This document shows positions 47,599 to 60,781 of a stretch of 64,000 bases of DNA, one piece after another. The position numbers and the translations under genes were made by a program. Location: NCBI GenBank assembly GCA_030390025.1, contig CM059449.1, positions 36,332,001-36,396,000 on the forward strand. The letters are read 5' to 3'. Under the pieces are notes generated by a model. It was not told the DNA's origin, did not search any database, and saw only the letters and a list, made by a program, of their open reading frames with translations. Position 1 is the stretch's first letter, and each line of letters starts with the position of its first letter. This stretch comes from Squalus acanthias. Its lineage: Eukaryota.

Positions 47599-48509
47599 CG
47601 AATTTATTCACAATTGTGATTCTCTCCCGTGGAAAGTGCGGTCTCGCCACATGTATCACTCGATACCTGGTGGCCATGGCAGCAGCAGATCTACTGGTCC
47701 TGATATTTGATGTAATTCTGTATCAGATTAAAGAGATTTATTTCCCAAATTCATTCCTGGACTATACTCTCATCTGCTGTCTCAATCTCGGCCTGGCATT
47801 TTCTGCCACTGATTGTTCTGTCTGGTTAACCGTCGCCTTCACCTTTGATCGATTCATCGCCATTTCTTACCCGAAGCTGAGAGTCAAATATTGCACCGAA
47901 AAAACTGCGACTGTGATTATAACAACGGTGTGTGGTTTGAGCCTTTTACAAAACATTCCATTTTACTTTGTAAGTGAAGCTGGTGAAATAATTGATAACA
48001 TACAATGGTTCTGTGCTGTAAAATCTACCTTCTACACCTTTCCCATTTGGATGGCTTATCTCTGGCTCCAAATTATTTTAACCCCACTCGCTCCATTCGT
48101 GTTCATTGTACTGCTCAATGCTCTGACCATCAGGTTCATTGTACAGGCCAGTAGAGTCAGAAGGAGACTCCGAGGGAGCAAGAAGGGTGAGAGTCACAAT
48201 GATCCAGAGATGGAGAACCGAAGGAAATCCGTCATCTTATTGCTCGCAATTTCAGGCAGTTTTATCCTGCTATGGGTGGTAAATTTCCTCTATGAAATAT
48301 GTATACAAATTACAGATACTCATTTCTTCCGAACAGATTACGCAGATCCTTTTACCGTCATGGAACACAGCGGATATATGCTCCAGCGTTTGAGTTCCTG
48401 CACCAACACGGTTATTTATGCAGTGGCCCAGACTAAATTTAGAGATGCGTTAAAGAATGCGATTAAATATCCATTTGCTCAGATGATTAAGTTAATAAAA
48501 TTAAATTAA
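47599..48509 (+). CDS. GPR139/GPR142-like class A GPCR 'A', exon 2 (end of TM1 to C-terminus; spliced product 326 aa)
   Basis: Polypyrimidine-TTGCAG acceptor. Reads ANLFTIVILS...YLVAMAAADLLVL (TM2), SVWLTVAFTFDRFIAI (TM3, DRY-like), IPFY (TM4), LNALTI (TM5), SFILLW (TM6), NTVIY (TM7), KFR (helix 8). Stop TAA ends at 48509. Confidence 0.95.
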
Positions 48510-48540
48510 CAGCACTAAATTTAAACCACGATTCCCCATA

Positions 48541-50195
48541 TGAACATAGGAAGAGGAACAGGAGTAGGTCATTTAGTCCCTTCAACCTGCTCCGCCACAT
48601 CATGGCTGATCTGTGAATCTAACTCGATATACCCGATTTTTTCCATATCCCTTGATACCTTTGGCTAACAAAAATCTAGCAATCTCAGATTTCAAATTAA
48701 CAATTGATCTCGCATCAATTGCCCTTTGCGGAAGAGAGTTCAAAACTTCTACCATACTTTGTTTGTAGAAGTGTTTCCTAACTTCACTCCTGAAAGTCTT
48801 GGCTCTAATTTTACGCTTATGCACCCTAGTACTAGAATCCCCAAACCAGCGGAAATAATTTATCTCTATCTACCCTATCAGTTCCCCTCAATATCTTGAA
48901 AACTTCGATCTAATCACCTCTTCACCTTCTAAATTCCATGGAATACAACCCCAGTTTGTGTAATCTCTCCTCGTAACTTAACCCTTGGAATCCAGGTATA
49001 AATCTGGTAAAATTACACTGCACTTGTCCAAGGGCAATATATCCTTCCCACGGTGTGGTGCCCAGAACTGCTCACAGTACTCCAGGTGTGGTCTAACCAG
49101 GGCTTTGTATAGCTGCAGCACAACTTCTACCCCCGTGTATTCTACTCATCTACATGTAAAGGCCAGCATTCCATTAGTCTTTTAATTTCGTTTCTGCATC
49201 TGTCCATGACATTTTGATGATCTATGTCCATGGGCCCCAAGTCTGCTTGGACCTCCACTGTTTCCAGCTTTTCTCCATTTAGAAAGTAGTCTGTTCAATA
49301 CTTTTTAATTCCAAGGTGAATGACTTCACATTTTCCTACGTTGAAATCCATTTACCAGTTATGCCCATTCACTTAATGTATTAAATTATCTTTGTAATTT
49401 TATGCTTCCATCTACACTGCTTATAAAGCCGCCTATCTTTGTGTCATCGACAAACTTGGATATGTGGCTTCCTATCCCATCATCTAAGTCGTTAATAAAT
49501 ACAGTGAATAGTTAAGGCCCCAACACAGATCTTGCGGATACCACTAGTCACATCCTGCCAATTAGACATTTCTCTGTCAACCACTACATCGGCAAAAACA
49601 TTCAACCAAGTTCTTCAGGCATGACCTAACCTTTACTAAATCCATGCTGGCTCTCTCTGATCAGCTGAACATTTTCAAGGTGTTCAGTCACTCAATCCTT
49701 ATAGACTCGAGCAATTTTCTGACACCAGATGTTAGGCTAACTGCTCTATAAGTCTTTAATTTCCCTCTCGTACCTTTCATAAATAGCGGAATGAAATGCA
49801 CAATTTTCCAATCTAAAGGAATGGTTCCCGAATCGAGAGAACTTTGGAAGATTATAGTTCGGGCATCTGCAATGTTCTCACCTACTTCCTGTAAAACCCT
49901 GAGCTGAAAGCATCTTGTCCTGGGGCTTTGTCGCTCTTTAGTTCCATTATTTTCTTCATTACTGTTATTTTGCTTCTGTTAATTTTGGTGAGTCCCCATC
50001 CCTGATTCAATATTAGTTTCCTTGGGATGTCCGGCATGCTATCCTCTTCCTCTGCTGTAAAGGCTGATACAAAGTAATTATTCAACATGTCCGCTATTTG
50101 CTTATTTTCATTTACAATATCACCGTTATCAGTTTTCAAGGGGCCCACATTGTTCCTGACCATCCTCTTTCTCCTAATATAATTGTAATAAATTG
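48541..50195 (-). mobile_element. CR1 LINE fragment beginning ~30 bp after the GPCR A stop codon
   Basis: Reverse-strand ORF2 pieces (NVGPLKTD...MLNNYFVSAFT; EVLNSLPQRA). Confidence 0.85.
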
Positions 50196-53100
50196 TGTGT
50201 TGATTTTGATGTCACTTCCTTCCAAGTCTCTCGAGTCCCAATAACTGCCCAGAGCTGGTTCTCAGTCTCTGTGGGGCTTAAAGCTGCCGCTGGTGCATTG
50301 TGACAGTTTAAATGCTGCCGCCTGTCGGTAAATGTCCTCCACAGCAGAACTCCCACCTCATCACATCCAGTTCACTTAAGATGGCAGATTCGGGGCTCTG
50401 TTAATGAGCAATCAGATATTGTGGCCATGAATTTTAGTAACCATAGTAACCAGGCGCTATTAAAGGTGAAAAAGACAATTTGAAAACAATATTTCCTCAA
50501 CCTAATCCTTTCAACTCCCTGTCTGGGTTTAGCGTCATTGAGTGACGATTATTGTTCCATGCCACACTCTGCTGGCCAGTCTTCAGGTTGAGCCTTTCCT
50601 GTGAGTGCTGGCAGGCCATTGTAAAGTGGCCGATTGCAGCCCCACCCCCCCGCAACTTCTGCTCCTACTGAGACCAAATAACACAGCTCAGACCCCAGGG
50701 CTTGAACCTGGGGCCCTCTTGGTCTGGTTAAAGAAGAATTCCCACTTTGGTGTTCTGAGCACTGCCCAGGAGCACAGATTGTAAAACCACGCCATCAACT
50801 CCTGATTCTCCATCCACTATTTAATGGATGAAAATCTCAGCCTGGGAAGCCCCAGCACGAATTTCAATGTGTCGGCTGAGGCTCTGGGCCTCGTGTGTGG
50901 AGTCGGTGAATCAGCCCTGAGTTGTTTATAATGTGGGTGATTAAAACGAAATCAGTGGGAGTAAAATGAACCATTTGTGAACATGAATCATCTCATCATG
51001 TTTCTCGTAAATGTCTCAGAATGCATCAAGTATTTTGATGCGGTGAGTGATTTTATTTTGACGGTTATCCTGTACACCTCGGGATGTCACAAACAGCCTG
51101 GGCAGCTGTAGGGTTGAGCCAATAGACATCAGGTTAAGGGGAGAAGCGAAGGCCAGGTTTCCTGCTCCTACTTTTACTAAGCGTCTCTGTACATCTGATG
51201 AGGTGTGATTGATCTGAACTGGCCTCCACTTCTTGAATATCAAATGAAACTTAAGTCTATATGTTGTCCTTGTGTAGTTCTGGCCAGAATGGATGTTGGC
51301 AGATTTAGAGAGATGTGGGGTTAGATTATTATTTTTACTGCCTGGTTTGCACGCCCCTTACACAACCCAGCTGATCTCCTTGATTTATTTCAATGGTGTT
51401 TAATGCCCAGGCAGTAAAGATGAAAATATAACCATTATGTTTCTCAAATTCCCAATGGGCACACTATTTACAGAACGTCCAGTGCAGGTTTAGACAGATT
51501 TAAATATTGCCTGTGAGGAAAATTTAAGCATCATTTTCTACAATTTAGCTTGGCATCAACTTCTTTAATTCTGTCATGTTACACAAAAGTTTTAAATCCG
51601 CTTCTCTCACAGAAATCATATCCCACCCTTTCTTAAAACACTTTTTTGTTAGGATTGATCAGTTGGTCTCGGGTAACTTTGTTTGAGGAGATCCACTCAG
51701 TTCAAATACATACATGCTGTGTGATTTGTTCAGGGTTGCGGCTGCTTGGCTGGTGTTTCAATTTTAACAGAGATTTATTAATTCATGAAGCTTCATGGAA
51801 TTTAATGTTGGCACTTTTCAAATCCAAGCAAATTGTTGTGGATTGTTTCCAGTAAGCAGACTGAGCAGAATTGCCTGCTCCTGTGTCTAAGGTTCTTTTT
51901 AATCACCTGGGCACTGTGAATACAGGGGAACGGGCTGAGAGCGGTAAATGCCAAGAAGGGATCCTGCTCAATTTGTTGCCCATTTAAATCAATGGGCAGA
52001 CATTCGGCTGTGTTCATGAGGGGCTTGTGCTCCTTCTTCCCCAGTTTTCCTGTACTCACTGTTCTGAGGCAATCCAATAGCCCCGGGTACATGTACAGGA
52101 ACATCTAGCCCTCTCTGTCTGAGCATTTAAAAAGCTTTAGTTGAGACTGATAACATCCATATTTGATGAGAAAATATTAAAGGTATTGTAGAATAGAGCT
52201 TATCTGTATGATTTCATAATGTTTTAAATGTAATGCTGTTCTTAAAATGTCTATTATATATATAATAATGTATGTTAGAAGCATAAAACCTCTGTTACAA
52301 TACGTACAACCTTAGTTAAAAAGACACAAGGCTGAGAAGCAAAGCATGATGGTAAATTATGCCAACTTGATGTTATTCTGTAAAATGGTCTGTTATGTTA
52401 AAAAAAAGAAGCCAGTGAAGGACAAACATCAATTAAGGTTCAAAGTAAGATATGGAGGGTTTTCAACACCAACATCCCTTATCGCTGAAACTACAGACCA
52501 GGCTAGATAATGGGCGATGGGAAATGCAAAAGACACCTGTCGTAATTCGTGGGAAGTTTGTTTGTGTAAAAGTTCTCATAGAAAAGCTCATTCAGAAAAA
52601 GCGAGGGAATCATAGACCGTACTATTGCAGGTCAGGAATTAGCAATAAGAATACTGAGATAGCCAAAGCAGCTGCAGTTGCCAAGAATTTTGAGGGGAGA
52701 AAAAGGTATAAATGAACAGTTATTGAACACTAAAGGTAGCGTGAAACCAGAGGAAGAGAAACTTCAGTCAACAGAGCACAGCAGGACTGAGAAAAGAGAG
52801 CGCGCCGCACTCACCTGGTCTGTACGCTGCTGGGGTTCCAAGGAACAGATTGCGACAATCATCTTGTTAAGTATTATTTCTTTGTATTGGATGTTAAGTG
52901 CTTAATAAATCTGTTATACTTATACACAATATACCTGTACCAGGAGTGATCTATTATAGTCACGGACAATTTAAATATAAATTACGTATCTTACAGATCT
53001 CACGATCTTACACAATCACTGCATAAAAAAGATTAATTATAGTACAGTTTTACCACAAGACTTGCAAACGAATTACTTTCTCCAACACGATGCAACTGCT

Positions 53101-53355
53101 GTAAACATGTGTTAAATTATTGCTACTGTTCTCTTGTTCGATTAACAGTTGATAAATCTGTTTGGGGATTAAAGCTAAAACAATGTTTGGTGTAGTTTTA
53201 CTCGGCCACTTTACAACAACAGGAGAATCCCACTAATTTGCAAGATAGATAAAACAAATCTAAACCTCTCACTTTTTTATTTTGGTGATGCTGTTACATT
53301 GTTGCCCTTTAGTAACCCATTGGCCAACAAGTGGAAATAAGTTTTTCTGATATGT

Positions 53356-53615
53356 CATAAGAACATAAGAACATAAGAAATAGGAGCAGGAGTAGACCAA
53401 TCGGTCCCTCGAGCCTGCTCCGTCATTCAATGAGATCATGGCTGATCTGATCCAACCTCAACTCTAAAGAACAAAAAAAGTAGGAGCAGGACCCGGCCAC
53501 TCGGCCCCTGGGCCCGCTCCGCCACCCACAGGGCCTTGACCGATCTGAACTCAAACTCATGTCCAATTTCCAGCCCGCTCCACGTAACCCCTGATTCCCT
53601 TTACTTCTAGGAAAC
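53356..53615 (-). mobile_element. CR1 3' end with doubled 3' UTR (same subfamily as 40633-43714)
   Basis: Reverse-complement match to ~43460-43714. Confidence 0.9.
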
Positions 53616-55505
53616 GGTCTGATCCAAACTCTTCATAATTTTGAACTCCTCTATCAGATCCCCACAAAACCTGTTGCATTAACTCCTTATATGTAAAGCT
53701 GATGCTGATCACAAATATATCCTGGAACATTGAATAGCCGTCATCCCTTGGGGTTAATACATGGAGAGTCAGGATCAAGTGCATTCTTCAAGTGAAGCAA
53801 AGCTGGACATTCGGAGGTTTAATGGACCAAGCAACACCGATATAATTCAATCCCAGTTTTATAGTCCTGCATTATGCTCTTATTTTTATGTGTTATTATA
53901 AATTCTGATATCTATATTTGTATTGGAAACTATGGAGCGTGAAATCGGGTCGGGTGTAAAACAGGCATCAGACCTGAACCAACTCCATTCCCACCAGGTG
54001 GCTAAGGTTAAAATCGGCGCTGCTATCACCATCTTTTGTGGGGCGCTACAAGTTAAAATTACCTCCTAAATGCTTCTGAAAACCATGGTGGTGAATTGAC
54101 TTCCATGCAGAAGCAAATCGGGCGGAGTGTAATAGGAACATAGAACATTTGAACATAGGAACAGGAGTAGGACATTCAGCCCTTCGAGCCTGCTCTGCCA
54201 TTCAATGAGATCATGGCTGATCTGCGACCTAACTCCATATACCCGTTTTTGCCCCATATCTCTAAATAGATTTGGTTAACAAAAAGCTATTAATCTCCGA
54301 TTTAAAATTAACAATTGATCTAGCATCAATTGCCGTTTGTGGAAGAGAGTTCAAAATTTCTACCAACTTTTGTTTCCTAATTTCACTTATGAAAGTTTTG
54401 GCTCTAATTTTCAGACTGTACCCCCGAGTCCTAGAATCACTTTCTCTCTATCTAACCTATCCGTTTCCCTTAATATCCTGAAAACTTCAATCAGATCATC
54501 CTTAACCTTCTAAATTCAAGGGAATAGAACCCTAATTTGTGTAATCTCTCCTCGTAATTTAAACCTTGAAGTCCGAGTATCATTCTGTTAAGCCTACGCT
54601 GCACACCCGCCAAGACCAATATATCCTTCCTAAGGTGTGGTGCCCAGAACTGCTCACAGTACTCCAGGAGTGGTCTAACCAGTGTTTTGTACAGCTGAAG
54701 CATAACTTCTACCCCCTGGTACTCTCGGCCTCTGGATATAAAGGACAGCATTCCATTAGCCTTTTGGATTATTTTCTGTACCAGTTCATGACATTTTAAT
54801 GATCTATGTACCTTGACCCCCCAAGTCTGTTTGGACATCCACTGTTTTTAGCTTTTCACCATTTAGAAAGTAACCTGTTCTATCGTGTTTAAGTTCAAAG
54901 TGGATGACCTCACATTTGCTTACATTGAAATCCATTTGTCACAGATTTGCCCATTCACTTAATCTATCTACAACCATTTGTAATTAAATGCTTTCTTCTA
55001 CACTGCGTACAATGCCGCCTATCTTTGTATCATCAGCAAATTTGGATATATGACTTTCTATCATCTAAGTCGTGAATAAATATTGTGAATAGTTGAGGCC
55101 CCAAAACAGATCCCTGTGGGACACCACTAGTCACAGCCTGCCAATTTGAGTAGCTACCCATTATCCCTACTCTCTGTCTCCTGCCGCTCAGCCAATTTCC
55201 TAACCAGGTCAATAATTTGCCCTCAATTCCGTGGGCTTCTACCTTAGATAACAGTCTCTAATGTGGGACTTTATCAAATGCCTTCTGGAAGTCCATATAA
55301 ATCACATCCATAGACATTCCCCTCTCCACTATGGCACCTCTTCAAAAAATTCCATCAGGTTTGTCAGACTCGACCTAACCTTTCACAATTCCATGCTGGC
55401 TCTCTCTGATCAACTGAAAGTTTTCGAGGTGTTCAGTCACCCTATCCTTAATTAAAGACTCCAGCAATTTCCCACCAACAGATGTTAGGCTAGCTGGTCT
55501 ATAAT

Positions 55506-56978
55506 CTTGGACACCAACGCCCCTCCGGAGCCTTCTCCCCCTTCACTTCCCTCTGATCCCATCCGTTCTTCCAATCTCACCCCTGCCGTGTTTTCACTAT
55601 CCTTTCTGATCTTTCCTTCTCTGACCCCGAACGGTCATTCCTCAGCAAAAGCCTGAGTTTCATCCCCTTACGCCCACATCTCGAATTTCGAGCACGGCAC
55701 GATGCTGAGCTCTCCATATCTTTTCATTGTTAACTGCCGGCGTGACATCAGCCGTATCAATTTCTCTGCTCCCTTCACTCACTCCAACCTACCTCCCTCT
55801 GAACTTGCACCACTCCGTTCTCTCCGATGCAACCCTAACATTGCCAGTAAACCTGCTGACAAGGGTGGTGCTGTTGTTGTTTGGCGAACCATTCTCTACC
55901 GTGCGGAGGCTGAATGCCAACTCTCTGACACCTCCTCCGACCTCCCATTGGACTATGACCCCATTACCAAACATCAAGCCATTGTTTCAAAGACTGTCAC
56001 TGACACATCTCCTCTGTAGATCTTCCCTCCATGGCTGTCAACCTCATAGTCCCCCAACCTCGCACAGCCTACTGCTACCTACTTCCCAGTATCCTCAAAC
56101 AGGACTGCCCTGGTAGACCCATCGTTTCAGCCTGCTCTTGCCCCACGGAACTGATTTCTTCCTATCTCGCCTCTATTTTTTCTCCCCTTGTCCCGTCTCT
56201 TCCCACCTACATTGCCGACTCTTCTGACGCCCTCCGCCTCTTTAACAGATTCCAGTTTCCTGGCCCCAATCGTCTCCTTTTCACTATGGACTTGCAATCA
56301 CCTCTACACCCCCATTCCCCACCAGGACATCCTGAGTGCGCTCCGCTTCTTCCTTGAACAGAGGCAATACCAGTCCCCATCCACCACCACCCTTCTCTGC
56401 CTGGCTGAACTTGTTCTCACATTGAACAACTTCTCCTTTGGCTCCACTCACTTCCTCCAAATTAAAGGTGTTGCTTTGGGAACCCGCATGGGCCTGCCTT
56501 TTCGTGGGATACGTGGAACATCCTTTGTTCCAGTCCTACTCAGGCTCCCTCCCTCAAATATAGGTGCTGTTTCCTGCTTTCGCCCTGAACTAGAAAAATT
56601 CATTCACTTTGCTCCCAATTTGCAGCCTTCTGGACTCAACATCGAGTTCATCAATTTCAGACTATAACTCCAGCCCTCAGTTTTTTAAGGCGGCAGCTGT
56701 CGATGATTCTGCCATCTCCATTTGCAACATTTAATCTCTCCTGCCTTCCATGCTAGCAAAAACTATCCCTTTAGTTCCTTCCTCCCCTTCCCCGCCCTTT
56801 CCCTGCCTCTTAACCTGCTTAAAACCTGTTACATCCCTAACTTTTTCCAGTTCTGACGAAGGGTCACAGACCTGAAATGTTAACTCAGTTTCTCTATCCA
56901 TGGATGCCGAGTGTTTCCAGCATTTTCTGTTATTATTTCAGATTTCTAGCATCTGCAGTATTTTGCTATTGTATTGTG
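55506..56978 (+). mobile_element. Penelope-like element family 2 (RT fragments, internally deleted), 11-bp TSD
   Basis: PLE RT motifs KPADKGGAVVVW, PGRPIVS, FTMD..LYTPIP and QIKGVALGTRMG, with C-terminal LQPSGLNIEF. TGGTCTATAAT is duplicated at 55495-55505 and 56979-56989. Confidence 0.92.
56849..56885 (+). ncRNA. Minimal hammerhead ribozyme motif (PLE family 2)
   Basis: AGTT-CTGACGA-A-GGGTC(ACA)GACCT-GAAA-TG-TT-AACT: 4-bp stem I and intact core. The stem III palindrome has decayed from ACGT to ATGT. Confidence 0.7.
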
Positions 56979-57494
56979 TGGTCTATAATTGCCTCGTTTC
57001 CCTCTCTCGACATCCTTAAAGTGCAGAGTGAGATGCACAATTTTCCAATCTAAAGTGACGGTTACTGAATCTAAAGAACTCTGGAAGATTATAGTTAGGG
57101 CACCTGCAATATGGTCACCTACTTCCTTTAAACCCTGGGAAAGGAAACCATCTGGCCCTATGGATTTCTCACACTTAAGTGCCATTATTTTCTTCATTAC
57201 TGCTATTTTGCTTTAGTTAATTTTATTTAGCCCCTGGCCCCGATTCAATATTAGTTTCTTTGGGATTTCTAGCATGATATCCTCTTCTTCTACTGTAAAT
57301 ACTGACGCAAAGTAATTATTCAGCATTTCCCCATTGTCATTGACAATATCACCACTTTCAGATTTTAAGGGACCAACATAGCTCATGACCACACTTTTTT
57401 TCTAATAAAGCTGTAAAAATTCTTCATAGCTCTTGTCTCAGATCCAAATCTCTGTCAAGAGTGGAAACGTAAGCTTTGTGCACTGCAGTTTGTA

Positions 57495-58332
57495 CATAAG
57501 AACATAAGAAATAGGAGCAGGAGTAGGTCATTCGGCCCTTCGAGCCTGCTCTGCCATTCAATGAGATCATGGCTGATCTTCGGCCTCAACTCCATTCACC
57601 AGCCCTATCACCATATCCCTTGATGCCTTTACTGGCCATAGAGTTATACATCACAGAAAGAGGCCCTTTGGCCCATCGTGTCCGCGCCAGCCATCAAGCC
57701 CTGTCTATTATCTACTTCTGTTTTGAATATACCCAATGACTGATCCTCCACAGCCCTCTGGTGTAGAGAATTCCAAAGATTCACCAACATCTGTGTGAAG
57801 AAATTTCTGCTCATTTCAGTCCTGAATGGCCTACCCTTTACCCGGAGGCTGTGGCCCCTGGTTCTTGACTCCCCAACCAAGGGAAACATTCTCCCAGCAT
57901 CCATCCTATCAAGCCCTGTAATAATTTTGTATGCTTCAATGAGAGCCCCTCTCATTCTTCTGAATTCAAGAAAATACAGGCCGATTTTACTCAATCTCTT
58001 CTCATACGACAGTCCCGCCATCCCTGGAATCAATCTCGTGAACCTTCGTTGCACTCCCTATATGGCAAGTATATCCTTCCTTAGGATTGTACACAGTACT
58101 CCAGGTGTGGTCTCACCAAGGCCCTATATAATTGGAGTAAGACTTCTTTACTCCTGTACTCAAATCGTCTTGTAATGAAGGCCAACATACCATTGTCCTT
58201 CCTAATGGCTTGCTGCACCTGCACTTGCACTTTCAGTGACTCATGTACAAGGACACCCAGGTCCCCTTGAGCATCTGCATTCCCCAATCTTTCACCATTT
58301 AGCAAATACTCTGCCTTTCTGTTTTTTCTACA
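57495..58332 (-). mobile_element. CR1 LINE 3' fragment(s)
   Basis: QRRFTRLIPGMAGLSYE and [15 protein letters not shown], with a CATAAGAA tail. Confidence 0.88.
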
Positions 58333-58559
58333 AACATAGCATTGGAAATACCTGTGACTGTACGGCCATACCATATCGCAGTTTATCTATCGTCTGTGTT
58401 TGATGTGTGAAACGGTATTAACCTTTCCTCCAGTTCTCGTAACTGATAAACGTTTTTGAAAAAGCTACAAACAGATGAATTAAAGTCTATCATTGATTTG
58501 TACTTTTTATCTCCTTGTTTTTGAACGGGCCAATAGTACCAGCAAAGAAGATGAGTTTC

Positions 58560-58698
58560 AATAGCAAAATACAGCGGCTGCTGGAATCTGAAATAAAATC
58601 AGAAAATGCTGGAAATAATCAGCAGGTCAGGCAGCATCTGTGGAGAGAGAAACAGAGTTAACGTTTCAGGTCATGACCCTTCATCAGAAAGTTCTGAC
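58560..58698 (-). mobile_element. Solo pLTR fragment of PLE family 2 with a hammerhead core (58656-58690)
   Basis: Reverse-complement match to 56850-56975. The minus strand reads TT-CTGATGA-AGGGTCATGACCT-GAAA-CG-TT-AACT. Confidence 0.8.
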
Positions 58699-59750
58699 AG
58701 AGCAGTTCCCGGTTGAGAAGCGCGGGGAATCAGTCAGCGCCGATTCTGATCTTGCAGCTGGTTAGGCAGCGGGCGGGATGCATTCCCGGGGAGTCTGAAG
58801 TGCGCCTACATTGCGCCAGTGTTTTTGTGGCGCTGGAGGGTGCTTTCTATTTCTCCTGTATTAACAAATATATAAAAGAAAATTCCTTCGTCTTTTCTTG
58901 AGCAGGCTCCTGGAATCCGTTTCAGAATTGCTGGTTTGGGGACTCGATCCGATTTTAATACTTGTCCCAGACACAGAACTACAAGACTGTCTGTCAAGGC
59001 CGGGGCAATCCCACTAAATTGCTGAATTTAAATAGTCAGAGTAAATTGTGGTTCCTTCTATTAGTTACATTAAAAATATGATAGAAACTTTGGTCATTTT
59101 GAGTTATTTCTTTGATGCCGGTAATTACAAACTGCAAATAAAACACATCAAAACAAAACAGATGATATCATTACACCGACAGCAGGAACGCTGACACAGT
59201 GAAGCACTATTAAAGATTAGCATTAGCTGATTATAAGCGGCTTACAGGGGAGACCAACTATTGCAAGAATCGGATAGTAAATGTTCTCTATCTGTATGAT
59301 CACCGGCTGTCCCATATTCGGAGAGAAGCAACGTTACCAATTAGTTTTGTGGACTCGCAGAACATCTGCTTTCAAAATAAGTTCTTATTTATACCTGAGA
59401 GAAACCTCAACTGACCATGAGCATTACATAATGATTGGCATTAGTTACAGTCATTTGAACAAACAGATTTAAGGCGAGTCATATTCACTGCTACTGATCA
59501 GGGATATTGTGCAATGATATTGTCCGTTCAAAGAGTGAGGAGTCAAGAATATTATTGTCATCATACGTTCCAAACAAAGTATTGCGACATCTCCATTACT
59601 AAAGTAATGGTGCAAGACTCCTGAAGCTGAGGATATTTATTTATAGATTCATGCGAGGCATTTGATGTAAGAATTGTGCATATTTTGATGGATTCGCTTT
59701 CTCTAGATCTTAGTTACTTCAAGAATGTTCTCTACCTTCTTTAATCTATA

Positions 59751-59902
59751 TAAAGATTTGAATACATTTTTTTTGTGTTTATATTGTGAATTCTGGGAGA
59801 TTCTCTCACAGCTATTCTACCTGAGGAAGGGGCGACAGCTCCGAAAGCTTGTAATTTTAAATAAATCTGTTGGACTATAACCTGGTGTTGTGCGACTTCT
59901 CA
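59751..59902 (+). mobile_element. 152-bp PLE family 1 pLTR-only insert with a 14-bp TSD
   Basis: Matches 11972-12123. TTCTTTAATCTATA is duplicated at 59737-59750 and 59903-59916. Confidence 0.9.
59818..59853 (+). ncRNA. Minimal hammerhead ribozyme motif, fully paired
   Basis: TAC-CTGAGGA-A-GGGGC(GACA)GCTCC-GAAA-GC-TT-GTA: stem I TAC/GTA, stem II with one G-U pair, and the AAGCTT palindrome. Confidence 0.75.
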
Positions 59903-60781
59903 TTCTTTAATCTATACTATATATAATTTATATTAAATGGCCTCAATGCTACAGATGAGTTTGAAGAACATTCAGATACACACTGAAAGTGATATAGTCT
60001 GTTGTATATAGCTGAGCCGTCCCACAGATATGCAGCAATGTTAGATTACTGGAGGTATTAACAGACCTTGCGCGGAACTAAAAGAGGGATTAACGGTGAG
60101 ATGGACATTTGTCCACTCGAATGTCATTTGAATAAACCCTCTAAAACGCTTGGCCGTACATGATCATTTAATTTCATTAAATTCCATTGTTCCCATCGTA
60201 GTGATGACTTTAACTGTGCAGACCATCAGTCTGTCTAAAAATATATATCATATAATCTTTATGGAGTTTTCTTTGTCTTTGTCCGTTCCTGTGTTTGTAA
60301 ATCCGCAATGCGGATTCCGCCCACTAAGGGGCACAATGGACATATCTGTTAGTGGATCCGCAACACCGGTTTACACCAGGAAAGACAGATGGAAAGCTAG
60401 CCCACGATGTGTATGGAGGGACAGGGATAAACCACTCAGTCACCCTTTTCGATTTTTTGCATCTAGCCGGACATTCCAGAAGAGAACTGAAAATCTGGTG
60501 GATTCAAAAGCGGCCGGCAGTGGGAAAAGTCCATTTTTGGTCCGGTAGAAAGTTGAAAATCCAACCATGTCATTCACTGCAGCATTTTTTGCTTTCATGA
60601 AACTCAGAATAAGTTAGCGACATGTATCAGAATTCCAAGGATCATCTGATAGAATGGCAGAAATAAAGAGAGAGATTTTAGTGATAAGAAAATATTCCAT
60701 GAAATTCATTAAAAAAAACTCTTGACCGATCATCCTCTCAGCGTAAGGAGAATTAGTAATTTAATTTACAATTTTTTGCAG

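Larger units (their letters stand above)
54135..57428 (-). mobile_element. CR1 LINE fragment interrupted by a Penelope-like element
   Basis: ORF2 pieces on both sides of 55506-56978. Confidence 0.85.

Noticed and set aside
45848-48509. Assigning the symbol GPR139
   Set aside because: Similarity is family-level only. Tandem paralogues and distinct motifs argue against orthology.
52293-52968. Possible solo LTR (TG...CA, TATA-like motif at ~52707, AATAAA at ~52905)
   Set aside because: No matching TSD or second copy was found; cannot be supported without a repeat library.
59078-59120. MIETLVILSYFFDA + G|GTAATT as exon 1 of GPCR B
   Set aside because: The phase fits, but there is no homology to exon 1A and it is too short for TM1.
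60238-60291. KNIYHIIF...SVP as exon 1 of GPCR B
   Set aside because: Only loosely similar to exon 1A, with wrong spacing and no phase-1 GT donor after the Pro codon.
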